Source: an uncultured virus (IMG/VR IMGVR_UViG_3300015607_002134) (lineage: Duplodnaviria; Heunggongvirae; Uroviricota; Caudoviricetes). From it: 64,000 nucleotides of DNA. The notes beneath the pieces are model-generated. The model ran no database searches and was not told the origin of the DNA. It was given only the letters and a program-made list of their open reading frames with translations. This document shows, piece by piece, positions 21,922 to 31,996 of this stretch (position 1 is its first letter; the number at the start of each line of letters is the position of its first letter). The DNA is taken from IMG/VR virus record IMGVR_UViG_3300015607_002134, positions 1 through 64,000 of that record; one strand, 5' to 3'. Made by a program: the position numbers and the translations under genes.

Positions 21922-22206
21922 ATGGAACAAGAATTAAAGACAGTTTGTAAAAATCCTTGGTGTAAATCAACTTTTTTCTATAAAGAGGCTGATATGATAC
22001 CAATAGAAACTGACAAACGAATGTCAAACTTAGACAATGTTTTAGGTGAGATTCCTATGATGCCACCTCCAGTTTGTCCAAAATGTAAAAGTTTTGACAC
22101 TGAATTAAGTGGTGGTGTTAATTGGAAAACAAAAGATTATGAAGGCCCAAGGTTTGATGGTGTTCCACATGAATTTAGATATAAAGTTACAAACTATAGA
22201 TTATGA
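21922..22206 (+). CDS. Small Zn-ribbon protein
   Basis: CKNPWC and CPKC; late motif at 21909-21917. Confidence 0.6.
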   Translation: MEQELKTVCKNPWCKSTFFYKEADMIPIETDKRMSNLDNVLGEIPMMPPPVCPKCKSFDTELSGGVNWKTKDYEGPRFDGVPHEFRYKVTNYRL

Positions 22207-23048
22207 TAGCTCATTTTTTTGACTTAGATTCAATTTTAATTACGAATGCTAAAGTTTGGATAGTAGATAAAACTATTCCTAATATCCCTATTATGAAAAT
22301 ATCACAGTCAGATTTTAATTTAATTAAAAGTGGTGTTTATAGAAGTCAGGGTAATAATATAGAATTTGGTGGTCACACATATTGGATATCAACAGATTTA
22401 TTTGAAAAAATAAAAATTAAATCAAAAAATCATAGATCTGATATATCAAATTTAGCATTTTCAATGCAAGAGTTCATGAACAAAGAATTGATAGAGAATT
22501 TAGACTATGATATAAACCTTGATAATGTTTTACATCTGAAAAATTCAGATGATGATATTTATGTTATTTGTTCTAAGAATACTCAAAGGAATCATGAGTT
22601 GATGATTTCTAAAATAGAAGATAAGTTAAATGATAATGGATTAAAGATTAAGAAATTTTACTACATATCTGAAACTTTTTACAATAGAAATCAAGATGAT
22701 ATTGCTCATAAAAAAGTTAGATTATTATTACAGCATCTAATTGGTTTGAAAACGGAAGGTGATAGATTCTCTGATGAAAAACTTGAAAAATATGATCAGG
22801 TTCATTTTTACGATGATGAAGATAACTCTATAAAATTAGCTTGTGATGCTAATAAATTACTTATGTCATTGCTATCAAATACAGAGTCTTCTATAAGAGA
22901 TATAGTAAAGCAAGATTTAAAATCTAAAAAAGTTTTATTGTGTGTTAATAAAATTACCGGAAATAAAGTAAATAAGTTTGTAACAACTGAGGTTTTGATA
23001 CAGTCAAGTAATCTTATTAAGACGTTTGAGAGTTTTAAATGGAGATAG
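22203..23048 (+). CDS. HAD-superfamily-like protein
   Basis: FFDLDS and HFYDD motifs. Confidence 0.5.
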   Translation: MIAHFFDLDSILITNAKVWIVDKTIPNIPIMKISQSDFNLIKSGVYRSQGNNIEFGGHTYWISTDLFEKIKIKSKNHRSDISNLAFSMQEFMNKELIENLDYDINLDNVLHLKNSDDDIYVICSKNTQRNHELMISKIEDKLNDNGLKIKKFYYISETFYNRNQDDIAHKKVRLLLQHLIGLKTEGDRFSDEKLEKYDQVHFYDDEDNSIKLACDANKLLMSLLSNTESSIRDIVKQDLKSKKVLLCVNKITGNKVNKFVTTEVLIQSSNLIKTFESFKWR

Positions 23049-23690
23049 TTATTTATCTTTATCTCTATCTTTATTTATCATTGCATTCTTAATTAAATCA
23101 TTAAGTTTTCTGTTATCCATAATAGCACCTGATTGATCATCTGATCCAGTTTCTTCTGATGCGGCATTTTGAGCTTTTATAACATCTGGATTTTCAATCT
23201 CATTTAAACCTAAGTCTTTTCTTAGATTTTTATAAAACTTTTCAAGGTCTGTTCTTTGTGTTGATGAGAATTTAGAGTTTTCTCTAATTTGACCAATCGT
23301 TTGGTTAACAACTTCATGCATACGAGCTGAATTATCACCGTTATCAACTTGTCTTAGTTGAGATAGAAAGTTCTTTCTTGTCATTTTTTGTAAGAATATA
23401 GTCTCAGCATATACCTTAGCATCTTCCTTCATTTTATTTCTAATATAAGGATGTTCTTTTAATTGAGGCACATCACTTAGATATAAATCAATAAGTGACT
23501 CTAGTACATCCATAGATTGCTGTGTAGCAACCGTCATGTCGGAGTCATAATCATATATTTCAATTTCACCTAAATCTGGTAAATCTTCAGGTCTTGCTAA
23601 GTGTTTACTGATATCAAAATCACTATTTTCTGACTGAATCTCATCAAATTCATCTTTGATTCTATTCTTTTCGTTTTCGGTTTTTGACAT
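23049..23690 (-). CDS. Probable terminase small subunit
   Basis: ARMHEVVNQTI resembles the gp16 PRxxEV motif; helical; divergent from the large subunit. Confidence 0.5.
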   Translation of the reverse strand: MSKTENEKNRIKDEFDEIQSENSDFDISKHLARPEDLPDLGEIEIYDYDSDMTVATQQSMDVLESLIDLYLSDVPQLKEHPYIRNKMKEDAKVYAETIFLQKMTRKNFLSQLRQVDNGDNSARMHEVVNQTIGQIRENSKFSSTQRTDLEKFYKNLRKDLGLNEIENPDVIKAQNAASEETGSDDQSGAIMDNRKLNDLIKNAMINKDRDKDK

Positions 23691-23737
23691 AGAAGACGGT
23701 TTTTACAATATATATTAAAAAATATCTTTTCCTAAAA

Positions 23738-24286
23738 ATGGCTTTTACAAAAGACAACTCACAAGAAAGACAAATGGTCTTTACAACAAGACTAGTTGAT
23801 GAGGCAACAGATAAGATAAATGATGGTGTAGTCGTAAAGAGATATCAGAATCCTTGGTTGAAATCAGAGGTTGGTCTTAGAAGAGCAGGTGTTACTTTTA
23901 AGATGACACCGGAAGAACAACAAGAGTATGTTAGATGTGCTCTTGATGTGCATTATTTTACAGAGAAATATTGTAAAGTTAAAACAGAGGATGGTTCTAT
24001 TAATAATATCAGACTTAGAGATTACCAGGTAGAAATACTTGATAATTTTGTTAATAATAGATTTAACATATTGATGGCATCTCGTCAGGTTGGAAAATGT
24101 TTTTCTTTTAATACTATAATATCTATTGAAAGAGATGGTTTTCAATACGACATTAGATTTGGAAAGCTTTATTATACAATGATTTCCAAAGAAAGAAAGT
24201 TAACTTTTTTAGAAAAAATAAAGATTAAATTATATGATTATCTATATATATTGGAAACCGCTTACCGACTTGATAGGAAGCCGTGA
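23738..24286 (+). CDS. terL: Terminase large subunit N-fragment (aa 1-120) plus split intein N-part (aa 121-182)
   Basis: LRDYQ, ASRQVGK Walker A immediately followed by intein block A CFSFNTII at 24098. Confidence 0.9.
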   Translation: MAFTKDNSQERQMVFTTRLVDEATDKINDGVVVKRYQNPWLKSEVGLRRAGVTFKMTPEEQQEYVRCALDVHYFTEKYCKVKTEDGSINNIRLRDYQVEILDNFVNNRFNILMASRQVGKCFSFNTIISIERDGFQYDIRFGKLYYTMISKERKLTFLEKIKIKLYDYLYILETAYRLDRKP

Positions 24287-24320
24287 ATATAATATATATA
24301 TAAATAAAAGATAAATTTTT

Positions 24321-25292
24321 ATGAAAATAGATGATAATATAGAAACGGTTACATGTAGGATATGTGGTGAACAATGTAAGCGAATATATGGTAAACACTT
24401 AAAATATAAACATAATAATATGACCACTGAGGTTTATAAGAAATTATTTCCTGGCGCACCTATAATGGCCCTTTCTGATGTTAAGAATACAACCAAGAAC
24501 GGTGGGATTCATATGAAACAGGAAAAATATAAAAAAATGTTTTCAGAAAAAATAAAAGGAGAAAAAAATCCTAACCATAAATCTAAAACAATTGAGTTAG
24601 AGAGAAAATCAAGAAGCCCATTTTCAAAAGAATTTATAAAGTATAAGGGTGTAGATAATGTTGAAGAATATATAAGTGAATTCGCTAAAGAAGCTATTAA
24701 AGAGAGAATACACCCTACCACGTTGGGATATTATATCAATAAGGGATATTCAATTGATGAATCTAAAAATCTATTGAAAGAGAGACAAAGAACATTTACG
24801 TTAGATAAGTGTATTGATAAACTTGGTAAAGAAATTGGTTATAGTAGATGGTTAGATAGACAAGAGAAATGGCTTAGTAATTATAAAAAAGTTAATTATA
24901 GCGCTATAAGTCAGGAGATGTTTATATCAATATATAATGAGTTGGTTAAATTAGGTTTTGATAATAAAGTTTATTTTGCTAGGTTAGATGATAATAACCA
25001 AATACATGATACAAATAGAAATTATGAGTTTAGGTTAAAGTTAAATAATTCGTATATACTTCCTGACTTTTTTATACCTGATTTGAAATTAATTTTAGAA
25101 TTTGATGGGACATATTATCATAGAGATAATCCAGAGAATAAAGAAAGAGAGAGAAAAAGAGACCAAAATATATTAAGATCTGGTTATAAAGTAATGCATA
25201 TAAGTGAAAAGGAATATATAAATAATAAGGAATTGACTGTCTTAAAAATGGTAAACTTTATATTAAAAGCAAAACAATTGAAAAATGTTTAA
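24321..25292 (+). mobile_element. Free-standing Vsr/DUF559-like endonuclease between the intein halves
   Basis: N-terminal CRICG...H...H finger; PDFFIPDLKLILEFDGTYYH...RDQNILRSGYKVMHISE. Confidence 0.85.
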
Positions 25293-27507
25293 ATTTTTTA
25301 CAAATTTCTTAATAGTAATTATCAAGGGTTTAATACAATTAATAGAAAAAATAGAATATAAAAATCTATCATTAGATGAAGATGATATTAATAAAAAAAT
25401 ATTAAATTCTATTAGTGTGTTAGATATAAGAGTAAAAACTGATACCGGTTATGAAAAGCTAACAGATTTATATTTAACACAACCATATAGAAATTATGTT
25501 CTAACAACAGATAGATATGAATTACGGTGTGCAGATAATCATATAGTATTTGATAAAAACTATAATGAAGTTTTTGTTAAAGATTTAAAAATTGACGATT
25601 TAATATGGACAGAATCTGGTTTAGAAAAAGTTAAATCTTTAAGTTTAGATAGTTTTAAATCATCTATGTTTGATGTTACAGTAGATCATCCAAATCATAG
25701 ATTATACACAAATGGTATACTATCACATAATACAATATCGTCATCTATTTTCATGTTGCATACTATTTTGTTTAATAATGATAAGAATATAATGATTGTT
25801 GCGAACAAAGGAGATACAGCTGTTGAGATTGTTGATAAAATCAAATCAATTTATACATTACTTCCTTTCTTTTTGAAACCCGGTATTAAAACTTGGAACC
25901 AAAAATCATTAACATTTGAAAACGGTTGTAGAATTAAAACTTCTGCTAGAACAAAAACTCCAGCTATCGGTTTTACTATTGACGTTCTTTATCTTGATGA
26001 GTTTGCGCATATTCCTTCAAATATTATTGAACCATATTACACCGCGGCTTTTCCAACCGTATCCGCTGTTCAGAATTCAAAAATTATTATTACTTCTACC
26101 CCTAATGGTATGAATTTATTTCATAAGCTACTTACTGATGCTGAAAGACCTGATGGTGACCCTTTGAAGAATAACTATAAACCGATGAGGGTTTACTGGT
26201 ATCAGGTTCCTGGTAGATTCGTTACTTATATAAGGTTAAATCAGCATAAACTATATGAACATGGTGTTACTAAAGAAGATATATTCAAGATCGTAAACGA
26301 TACATTTGGTGAAATTACTAAAGTTGAGATGAAGTTTATAATGGACTTACAAAAGGATGTAATATATGTCTATAATAGTGAACTTTGTTCTGATGAAGAT
26401 GTTAAATCATTGAAGTTTATAGATAAAGATGATAGAGAGATATCTTTCCTTTCAATAGCTGAGATGACAACTTGGAAAGAGGAAGCAATAAAAGATATTG
26501 GTGGTGAGGATGCCTTTAACCAAGAGTATGGTCTAAGATTTATTAACTCAAGTAAGTCATTGTTGAATGAAAAAATAATCGATGAGTTACTAAAGAGTAA
26601 AAAGAACTATGTGTTTGAACAGATACCTGAATTCGATAGAAAGCTTAGATTCAGTTATAGTGACTTGAAATGGGTTGATGATGACGATGTATTTATGCTT
26701 ATTCAGAGAAAAGACTTAAAAGTTGTACTTTCTGTCGATATTTCAGAAGGACTTGGTCAGGATTACTCTATAATAAACATATTCAAAGTGTCTCCTAAGC
26801 CTAAGGATCTTTGCGAATTACAAAGACCTTCTTATAAGAGTATTGTTGACTTTTTCAGATTGGAACAAATTGGAATATTCAGAAGTAACTTCGTTTCAGT
26901 TAAACAATTAGCTGAGTTATTATATATGATTGTTTTTGAATACTTTAACTATGAGAATGTTAAAGTGGTTCTTGAGTTGAATAACTATGGTAATGCCTTA
27001 TTGGCTGAAATGCCACACGTTTTTGATGGCAATAATAACTATGGTTCTTCTGTTTTCTTCAGATATAAGCACAGAGCTGATTCAACTGAAGAGAAAGTAG
27101 GTCTGAAAGTTGGTGATAATAAGAACTTAATGGTTAAGGATTATCAAGATTTAATGTTAAGTAAAGGGTTTGTTATAACCAATGAGGATAATATCAGAGA
27201 AATAACAACATTTGTTAAGCACGTTACATCATCTGGTAATGTTAGATACGCTGCTGATGTTGGGCACGATGATACTGTAATGACCGTTGTCAACGCAACT
27301 ACTGTTTTTGTTAGAAATGACTTTAGAGAGATGATAGAAGAGTTCTCTACGAAGATGAATGATAAAGGATTTGTTAATTATGTTAATGAGTGCTTGAAAA
27401 ACATGGAATATGTTGAGGGTGTTGATTATGGTCAAGTTCTTAGGATAAGAAGGCAACAAATGACTAGATATAAGGGAAGTAAGAATTCCTGGTTTGGTGG
27501 GCAATAA
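25285..27507 (+). CDS. terL: Split intein C-part (aa 1-149) plus terminase large subunit C-fragment
   Basis: LRCADNH (block B), MFDVTV...YTNGILSHN|T junction at 25731/25732; then LYLDEFAH, ITSTPNG, VDISEGLGQDYS, HDDTVM. Confidence 0.92.
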   Translation: MFKFFTNFLIVIIKGLIQLIEKIEYKNLSLDEDDINKKILNSISVLDIRVKTDTGYEKLTDLYLTQPYRNYVLTTDRYELRCADNHIVFDKNYNEVFVKDLKIDDLIWTESGLEKVKSLSLDSFKSSMFDVTVDHPNHRLYTNGILSHNTISSSIFMLHTILFNNDKNIMIVANKGDTAVEIVDKIKSIYTLLPFFLKPGIKTWNQKSLTFENGCRIKTSARTKTPAIGFTIDVLYLDEFAHIPSNIIEPYYTAAFPTVSAVQNSKIIITSTPNGMNLFHKLLTDAERPDGDPLKNNYKPMRVYWYQVPGRFVTYIRLNQHKLYEHGVTKEDIFKIVNDTFGEITKVEMKFIMDLQKDVIYVYNSELCSDEDVKSLKFIDKDDREISFLSIAEMTTWKEEAIKDIGGEDAFNQEYGLRFINSSKSLLNEKIIDELLKSKKNYVFEQIPEFDRKLRFSYSDLKWVDDDDVFMLIQRKDLKVVLSVDISEGLGQDYSIINIFKVSPKPKDLCELQRPSYKSIVDFFRLEQIGIFRSNFVSVKQLAELLYMIVFEYFNYENVKVVLELNNYGNALLAEMPHVFDGNNNYGSSVFFRYKHRADSTEEKVGLKVGDNKNLMVKDYQDLMLSKGFVITNEDNIREITTFVKHVTSSGNVRYAADVGHDDTVMTVVNATTVFVRNDFREMIEEFSTKMNDKGFVNYVNECLKNMEYVEGVDYGQVLRIRRQQMTRYKGSKNSWFGGQ

Positions 27508-27535
27508 GAAAGTCCTATTTTTCAATAGGACTTTC
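27508..27535. terminator. Perfect hairpin between convergent terL and clpS
   Basis: GAAAGTCCTATT-TTTC-AATAGGACTTTC. Confidence 0.7.
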
Positions 27536-27537
27536 TA

Positions 27538-27591
27538 AGACTTGTCAGGTTCAACCCCTGTCATAGACTTATCAGGTTTGACCCCTGTCTT
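27538..27591. repeat. Two imperfect 27-nt direct repeats
   Basis: AGACTTGTCAGGTTCAACCCCTGTCAT / AGACTTATCAGGTTTGACCCCTGTCTT. Confidence 0.8.
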
Positions 27592-27871
27592 AGTTAATTT
27601 CCATCGTTACAGATAGACCAGCTGAAGCTAATTTCTCTTTCATTTCAGAGATAGTCTCAAGGTCTCCATACTTTACGTCACATTTACCATTAAAATGAAC
27701 GATGTGTGCACATTGAGATGCTTGTTCATACTCATGTTTGCAAATCTGCATTAGACAAGTGATTACCCAGACAAATGAATTCCAATCATCGTTATGTAAT
27801 GTTAAACGATAAGGCTTTGAAAGAATTTCTTCCACTTTTGACTCAGTTTTCTCTTTAGTAATAGTCGACAT
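27590..27871 (-). CDS. clpS: ClpS N-degron adaptor
   Basis: LTLHNDDWNSFVWVITCL...QASQCAHIVHFNGKCDVKYG. Confidence 0.88.
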   Translation of the reverse strand: MSTITKEKTESKVEEILSKPYRLTLHNDDWNSFVWVITCLMQICKHEYEQASQCAHIVHFNGKCDVKYGDLETISEMKEKLASAGLSVTMEIN

Positions 27872-27903
27872 ATTTTTTCTATTTTTTTTGTATATATTAT
27901 AAT

Positions 27904-28428
27904 TTATAAGTTTTCAATTGTTGTTATTTTCTTATTTACAACATCAACAATGTTGATGTCTGCTCTTTGACCAACTGCCCATTGTTTGAATTTCACCAAA
28001 TGTTCGTGTCTGTCGTCATACATTGTTAACTCCTTAACCTTCAACTCTTTCATCTTTTGTTCAAAAAGTCTTGTCTTGAAGTTATATGTATCACCACCCC
28101 AGTTTAGCCAAATTTCATCGAAAGTTATGTTATTTTGTTCAAGGATTTTATCAATGTTCTTTCTCATACCTTGAGACTTCTGTAATCTACCAGTAGCCAT
28201 TATTACATAAGCATCTGGGTCAGCCATAGCTTCTTTATATCTTGCTAAAACCCACTCATTTGCAGGGATATAGAAAACTTCTGTGTTTAAGCTTTCTGCT
28301 TTACCCCACCATCCTGTGTGTGGGAACTCGAACCCGGTCTTTTCTCTCCAGACTCTTCTACCTTCGTGTGGTTCAGGTGTGTGAAACATAGTTCCATCGA
28401 AGTCAAAAACTATTAATTTAGTGTACAT
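27904..28428 (-). CDS. HAD-family phosphatase (RNA-repair-associated type)
   Basis: FDFDGTMFHTP, MATGR, MYDDRHEH; host-type promoter at 28454-28485 supports a start at 28428. Confidence 0.75.
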   Translation of the reverse strand: MYTKLIVFDFDGTMFHTPEPHEGRRVWREKTGFEFPHTGWWGKAESLNTEVFYIPANEWVLARYKEAMADPDAYVIMATGRLQKSQGMRKNIDKILEQNNITFDEIWLNWGGDTYNFKTRLFEQKMKELKVKELTMYDDRHEHLVKFKQWAVGQRADINIVDVVNKKITTIENL

Positions 28429-28538
28429 TGTGATATCTATTAATTCTAAAATACAAATATATGAAAAATATGGTAAATTTCCAAAAATATAAGGAAAAGA
28501 ACACTTATCTAATATATAAACCAAAAGAAAAAGTTTTT

Positions 28539-28955
28539 ATGAATTTAAAATTGGATATTAAATCTATACTAATTCTGGTACTTTTGGGGTTCTCTATTGT
28601 GTTTTTTGCACTTTGGTACTTTAAGGGAGATGATACTAAAAGTAGAATAAAGGAGTTAGAGAACATCAATAAGAATATTGAAATACAAAGAGATTCTTTG
28701 AAGAATGTAAATAAAGTACTTAAGGTCGATTTTGATGACAGACAAAAGGATATTGAGGAGAGAGATAATCAAATCAAGTCAATTGAATTAGAACTATCTA
28801 AGACCAAAAAAGATTTAGTTGTTGCTAATGGTAAGGTAAAAGAGAAAGAAAAAGAATTAGCAGATACTAAAAAGAAAATAGAAGAATTAAAAAAGAATCC
28901 TATTAAGAGAGATGATGATGATTTAATTAAATCTCTTAAAGACAAATTAAAGTAA
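28539..28955 (+). CDS. N-terminal TM plus coiled coil (i-spanin-like)
   Basis: SILILVLLGFSIVFFALWYF then long heptads; late motif at 28510-28518. Confidence 0.55.
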   Translation: MNLKLDIKSILILVLLGFSIVFFALWYFKGDDTKSRIKELENINKNIEIQRDSLKNVNKVLKVDFDDRQKDIEERDNQIKSIELELSKTKKDLVVANGKVKEKEKELADTKKKIEELKKNPIKRDDDDLIKSLKDKLK

Positions 28956-28958
28956 TTT

Positions 28959-29456
28959 ATGAAGAAATTTATATTATTGATGATGTTGATTATGACCTCA
29001 TTAGTGTCATTTTCACAAACAGACTATCCTAAGATAGAAACAGACTCATCAGGCCATAAGATAGTTATTATGACTATTGAACAGGCTCAAAAAGTAGACA
29101 ATAATCTGGAAATATTGAAATTGTTACAAATACAAGGTAGTGAGTGTGATAGTCTTAATACTGCTTACCTAAAGGTCATTGATAAAATGGGTAACCAAAT
29201 ATCACTATTGGAATTGGATGTTAAAAAACTTAAGGAACAATTAGCTGATAAAGATGCTCAGATTGTTAATCTTCAAACAAGACTATCTAATATGGAGGAG
29301 GCTAATAAGTTATGTGAGCAACAAAAGAGTAATAAAGATGAGGAGATTAAACTCTTAAAGAAAGAGGTTAGAAAACAAAAGCTACAAAAGGTCGTTGGAT
29401 TCGCTGTTGGTGTGGTTGGAGTAGTTGGTGGAATATTGATTATGTTAGTTCATTAA
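28959..29456 (+). CDS. Signal peptide, coiled coil and C-terminal hydrophobic helix (candidate lysis protein)
   Basis: MKKFILLMMLIMTSLVSFS|Q; VVGFAVGVVGVVGGILIMLV. Confidence 0.55.
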   Translation: MKKFILLMMLIMTSLVSFSQTDYPKIETDSSGHKIVIMTIEQAQKVDNNLEILKLLQIQGSECDSLNTAYLKVIDKMGNQISLLELDVKKLKEQLADKDAQIVNLQTRLSNMEEANKLCEQQKSNKDEEIKLLKKEVRKQKLQKVVGFAVGVVGVVGGILIMLVH

Positions 29457-29514
29457 ATGTAAAAAAATCACTTTTTGGGATTAATATATAAAGTACAAAA
29501 AATATTTTAGTATA

Positions 29515-30135
29515 ATGAAGCATATTAGAAAATTTGAAAGCTATCGTGTTAAAAAACATAGAGAAGAGATAATTAAAGAATCTGTTCTACAAGTTAACGA
29601 TATCTACAAAGTAAAGACAATGATTGATATTCCTCAATCATTAATCAATGCTTATGTTAAAAAGGTTAAAGATACAACTGGTAAGAATTTAAGACAATTC
29701 TTCGGGGATGTTGATATTGCTGAAGAAATTGTTAAGTATATAAACTTAAACAACCTTGATGTTGATAAAATTCCTGGTGGTGCGTTAATGGGTGGTCAAA
29801 CTCAGACACAAGGTCAGGGTCAAATGGCTCCACAGGCTCAAACTGAACCAATGGCTCAAACTCAACCACAAGCGCAAGGTCAAGCACAACCACAGGCACA
29901 AGGTCAAGCACAACCTCAAGCACAAGCTCAGGGACAAGCTCAAGCTCCTCAAGTACAAGTACAAGGAGAAGAAGGAGCTCAGTCTTTTGAAGAACCACAA
30001 GCACAAGCTCAACCAGCTCAAGGACAAGCACAAGCTCCTGCACAAGGACAAGCTCAGGCTCCTGCTGAAGGTGAGGAAGAAGAGGCTCAAGGTGAGGGAG
30101 AAGGTGAAGAAGGTGAAGAAGAACTTCCACTTTAA
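29515..30135 (+). CDS. Putative head-internal protein with Gln/Ala/Pro and acidic tail
   Basis: MKHIRKFES start; QAQGQAQP repeats 29790-30060; terminator 30154-30180. Confidence 0.65.
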   Translation: MKHIRKFESYRVKKHREEIIKESVLQVNDIYKVKTMIDIPQSLINAYVKKVKDTTGKNLRQFFGDVDIAEEIVKYINLNNLDVDKIPGGALMGGQTQTQGQGQMAPQAQTEPMAQTQPQAQGQAQPQAQGQAQPQAQAQGQAQAPQVQVQGEEGAQSFEEPQAQAQPAQGQAQAPAQGQAQAPAEGEEEEAQGEGEGEEGEEELPL

Positions 30136-30217
30136 TTATAAGATAAGATTTAGAAACCCATCAAATTTTGATGGGTTTTTAATGAAATGAAATTACCATC
30201 AAAATGATTATCAAGTT

Positions 30218-30907
30218 ATGAAAAAATGTTGTAGATGTAAAGAGGAAAAAGACTTTTCTCAGTTTGGGAGACTGAAGAGTAGTAAGGATGGATATAGACA
30301 TGATTGTAGGTTATGTAGAAGGGAGTTTTCGATGATAAATCGGGATAAGATTACTGAGTATAAAAAATCACACTACGCTATTAACAGGGATGATATTCTC
30401 TCTAAGAATAGAGAATATTATATAAAAAATAAAGAAAAAATGGATTCCTATATAAGGGAGTATTGGAAAGATGAGGATAATTCGCAAAGGAGAAGTAGGA
30501 ATTATCAAAAGTGGAAAAAATTAAATATTGACCATGTGAGGGAGTATAAGAGAGGATACTATAAAGATGTTACAATGATGGATCCATTGAAGAGACTTAA
30601 ATGTAGTTTAAGAAGTTCAATTAGAAGATTTCTGAAAAATAAAAATGAATCAAGTGAGTCTATTTTGGGTTGTTCCTATGGTGATTTTATAGTTTATATA
30701 GAGTCAAGGTTTGAATCATGGATGAATTGGGATAATTATGGTCTATATAATGGGGAAGAAAACTATGGATGGGATATAGATCATATAGTTCCGCTATCCT
30801 CCGCAAAAAACGAGGAAGATATAATCAAGTTAAACCATTATAGCAATTTACAGCCACTTTGTAGTAAAGTAAACAGAGATATTAAAAATAATAGAACGGA
30901 TTACTAA
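30218..30907 (+). mobile_element. HNH endonuclease
   Basis: CxxC finger; WDIDHIVPLS...NHYSNLQPL...N. Confidence 0.85.
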
Positions 30908-30917
30908 TATATAATAT

Positions 30918-31526
30918 ATGTATATAAAAAGATTCGAGAGTTTTTCAGATGTTGATACTTTGATGATTGTAGATGTTCAAAAAAGTTTCCGTAAATTTTT
31001 TACAGAAATGTATGTTAATGAATTAAAAAAGTATTGTCATAATTTTAAAAATGTTTATCAGATTTTTGATAACCACGTAGATGGTAAACAGGTTGATAAA
31101 GACTATTTGTACCAAAGTTCACCTGACGTCCCAGTTCATGATGATTTGTATCATTTCCCGAATCAAAGGGACATTATAGAAAAGAGATATAATTATGATG
31201 TTGATATCGACTTTTATAAGAAAATACTAAGTAAAAATGTCTATGATGAGATAAAATCCAAGGAAGGCAAACTACAAAAAGGTAATTATTTTCTAACAAA
31301 TGAAGGAACTATTATCGTATTCATTGGTAATAGGCATCAATGGTTCCATTGTCCAATTAAGCTATATAAACTACTAAGTGGTATGAGTGGAAAGGAAATA
31401 ACGATAGTGGGTGGGGCTGATTCAGAATGTCTGGAGGATGTTGTTACGACAGCTGAATCACTTGGTGTTAAAGTGAAGAGGGACCATAAATATATATACT
31501 CCGCTAATCATTGTCCTATAAAATAA
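30918..31526 (+). CDS. Isochorismatase/cysteine-hydrolase-like protein
   Basis: LMIVDVQ and IVGGADSECL motifs; MYIKRFES start. Confidence 0.65.
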   Translation: MYIKRFESFSDVDTLMIVDVQKSFRKFFTEMYVNELKKYCHNFKNVYQIFDNHVDGKQVDKDYLYQSSPDVPVHDDLYHFPNQRDIIEKRYNYDVDIDFYKKILSKNVYDEIKSKEGKLQKGNYFLTNEGTIIVFIGNRHQWFHCPIKLYKLLSGMSGKEITIVGGADSECLEDVVTTAESLGVKVKRDHKYIYSANHCPIK

Positions 31527-31537
31527 CTATATAGTAT

Positions 31538-31996
31538 ATGAAATATTTGAAGAAATTTAATGAGAAATTTATCGATGATCCAGAACCAATGGACATACCA
31601 GAGTCGGCTTACCTCTACACTGACTTTTCACAGATAGAAAATGCTGGCATGGGGTTATATACTGCTATAGATATAAATAAGGGAGAAATAATTGCAGTTT
31701 ATCATGGTGAGATACTAAGCGATGAAGAGGCAGATGAGAGGGTGGAGAACGATGATGATCAATATTTTATGGAATTACCAAGTGGTGAAATTTTAGACTG
31801 TAAATTTACAGATGGATTTGCTAAATATGCTAATGATGCTGAGGGTGTTCCCACTAATTTTAAAAACAACTCTTATATTGGAATTGATGATGACGATAAT
31901 GTTGTATTAATTGCTAAGAGAAATATTAAAGCTGATGAAGAGATATTTACTGGATACGGTAAGGCATATTGGAAAAAACACGCCAGTGGTTTATAA
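31538..31996 (+). CDS. SET-domain methyltransferase
   Basis: AGMGLYT...KGEII, AKYANDA, IAKRNIKADEEIFTGYG...YW. Confidence 0.9.
   Translation: MKYLKKFNEKFIDDPEPMDIPESAYLYTDFSQIENAGMGLYTAIDINKGEIIAVYHGEILSDEEADERVENDDDQYFMELPSGEILDCKFTDGFAKYANDAEGVPTNFKNNSYIGIDDDDNVVLIAKRNIKADEEIFTGYGKAYWKKHASGL

Noticed and set aside
24287..25284. Group I intron interrupting terL
   Set aside because: Intein termini explain both junctions, and the flanks leave no room for a ribozyme core.
27538..27591. Mini-CRISPR
   Set aside because: Only two abutting copies with no spacer.
29732..30190. Alternative-frame ORFs over the Gln/Ala repeat, and similar ones at 47505-47811 and 49917-50433
   Set aside because: Shadows of low-complexity coding repeats.
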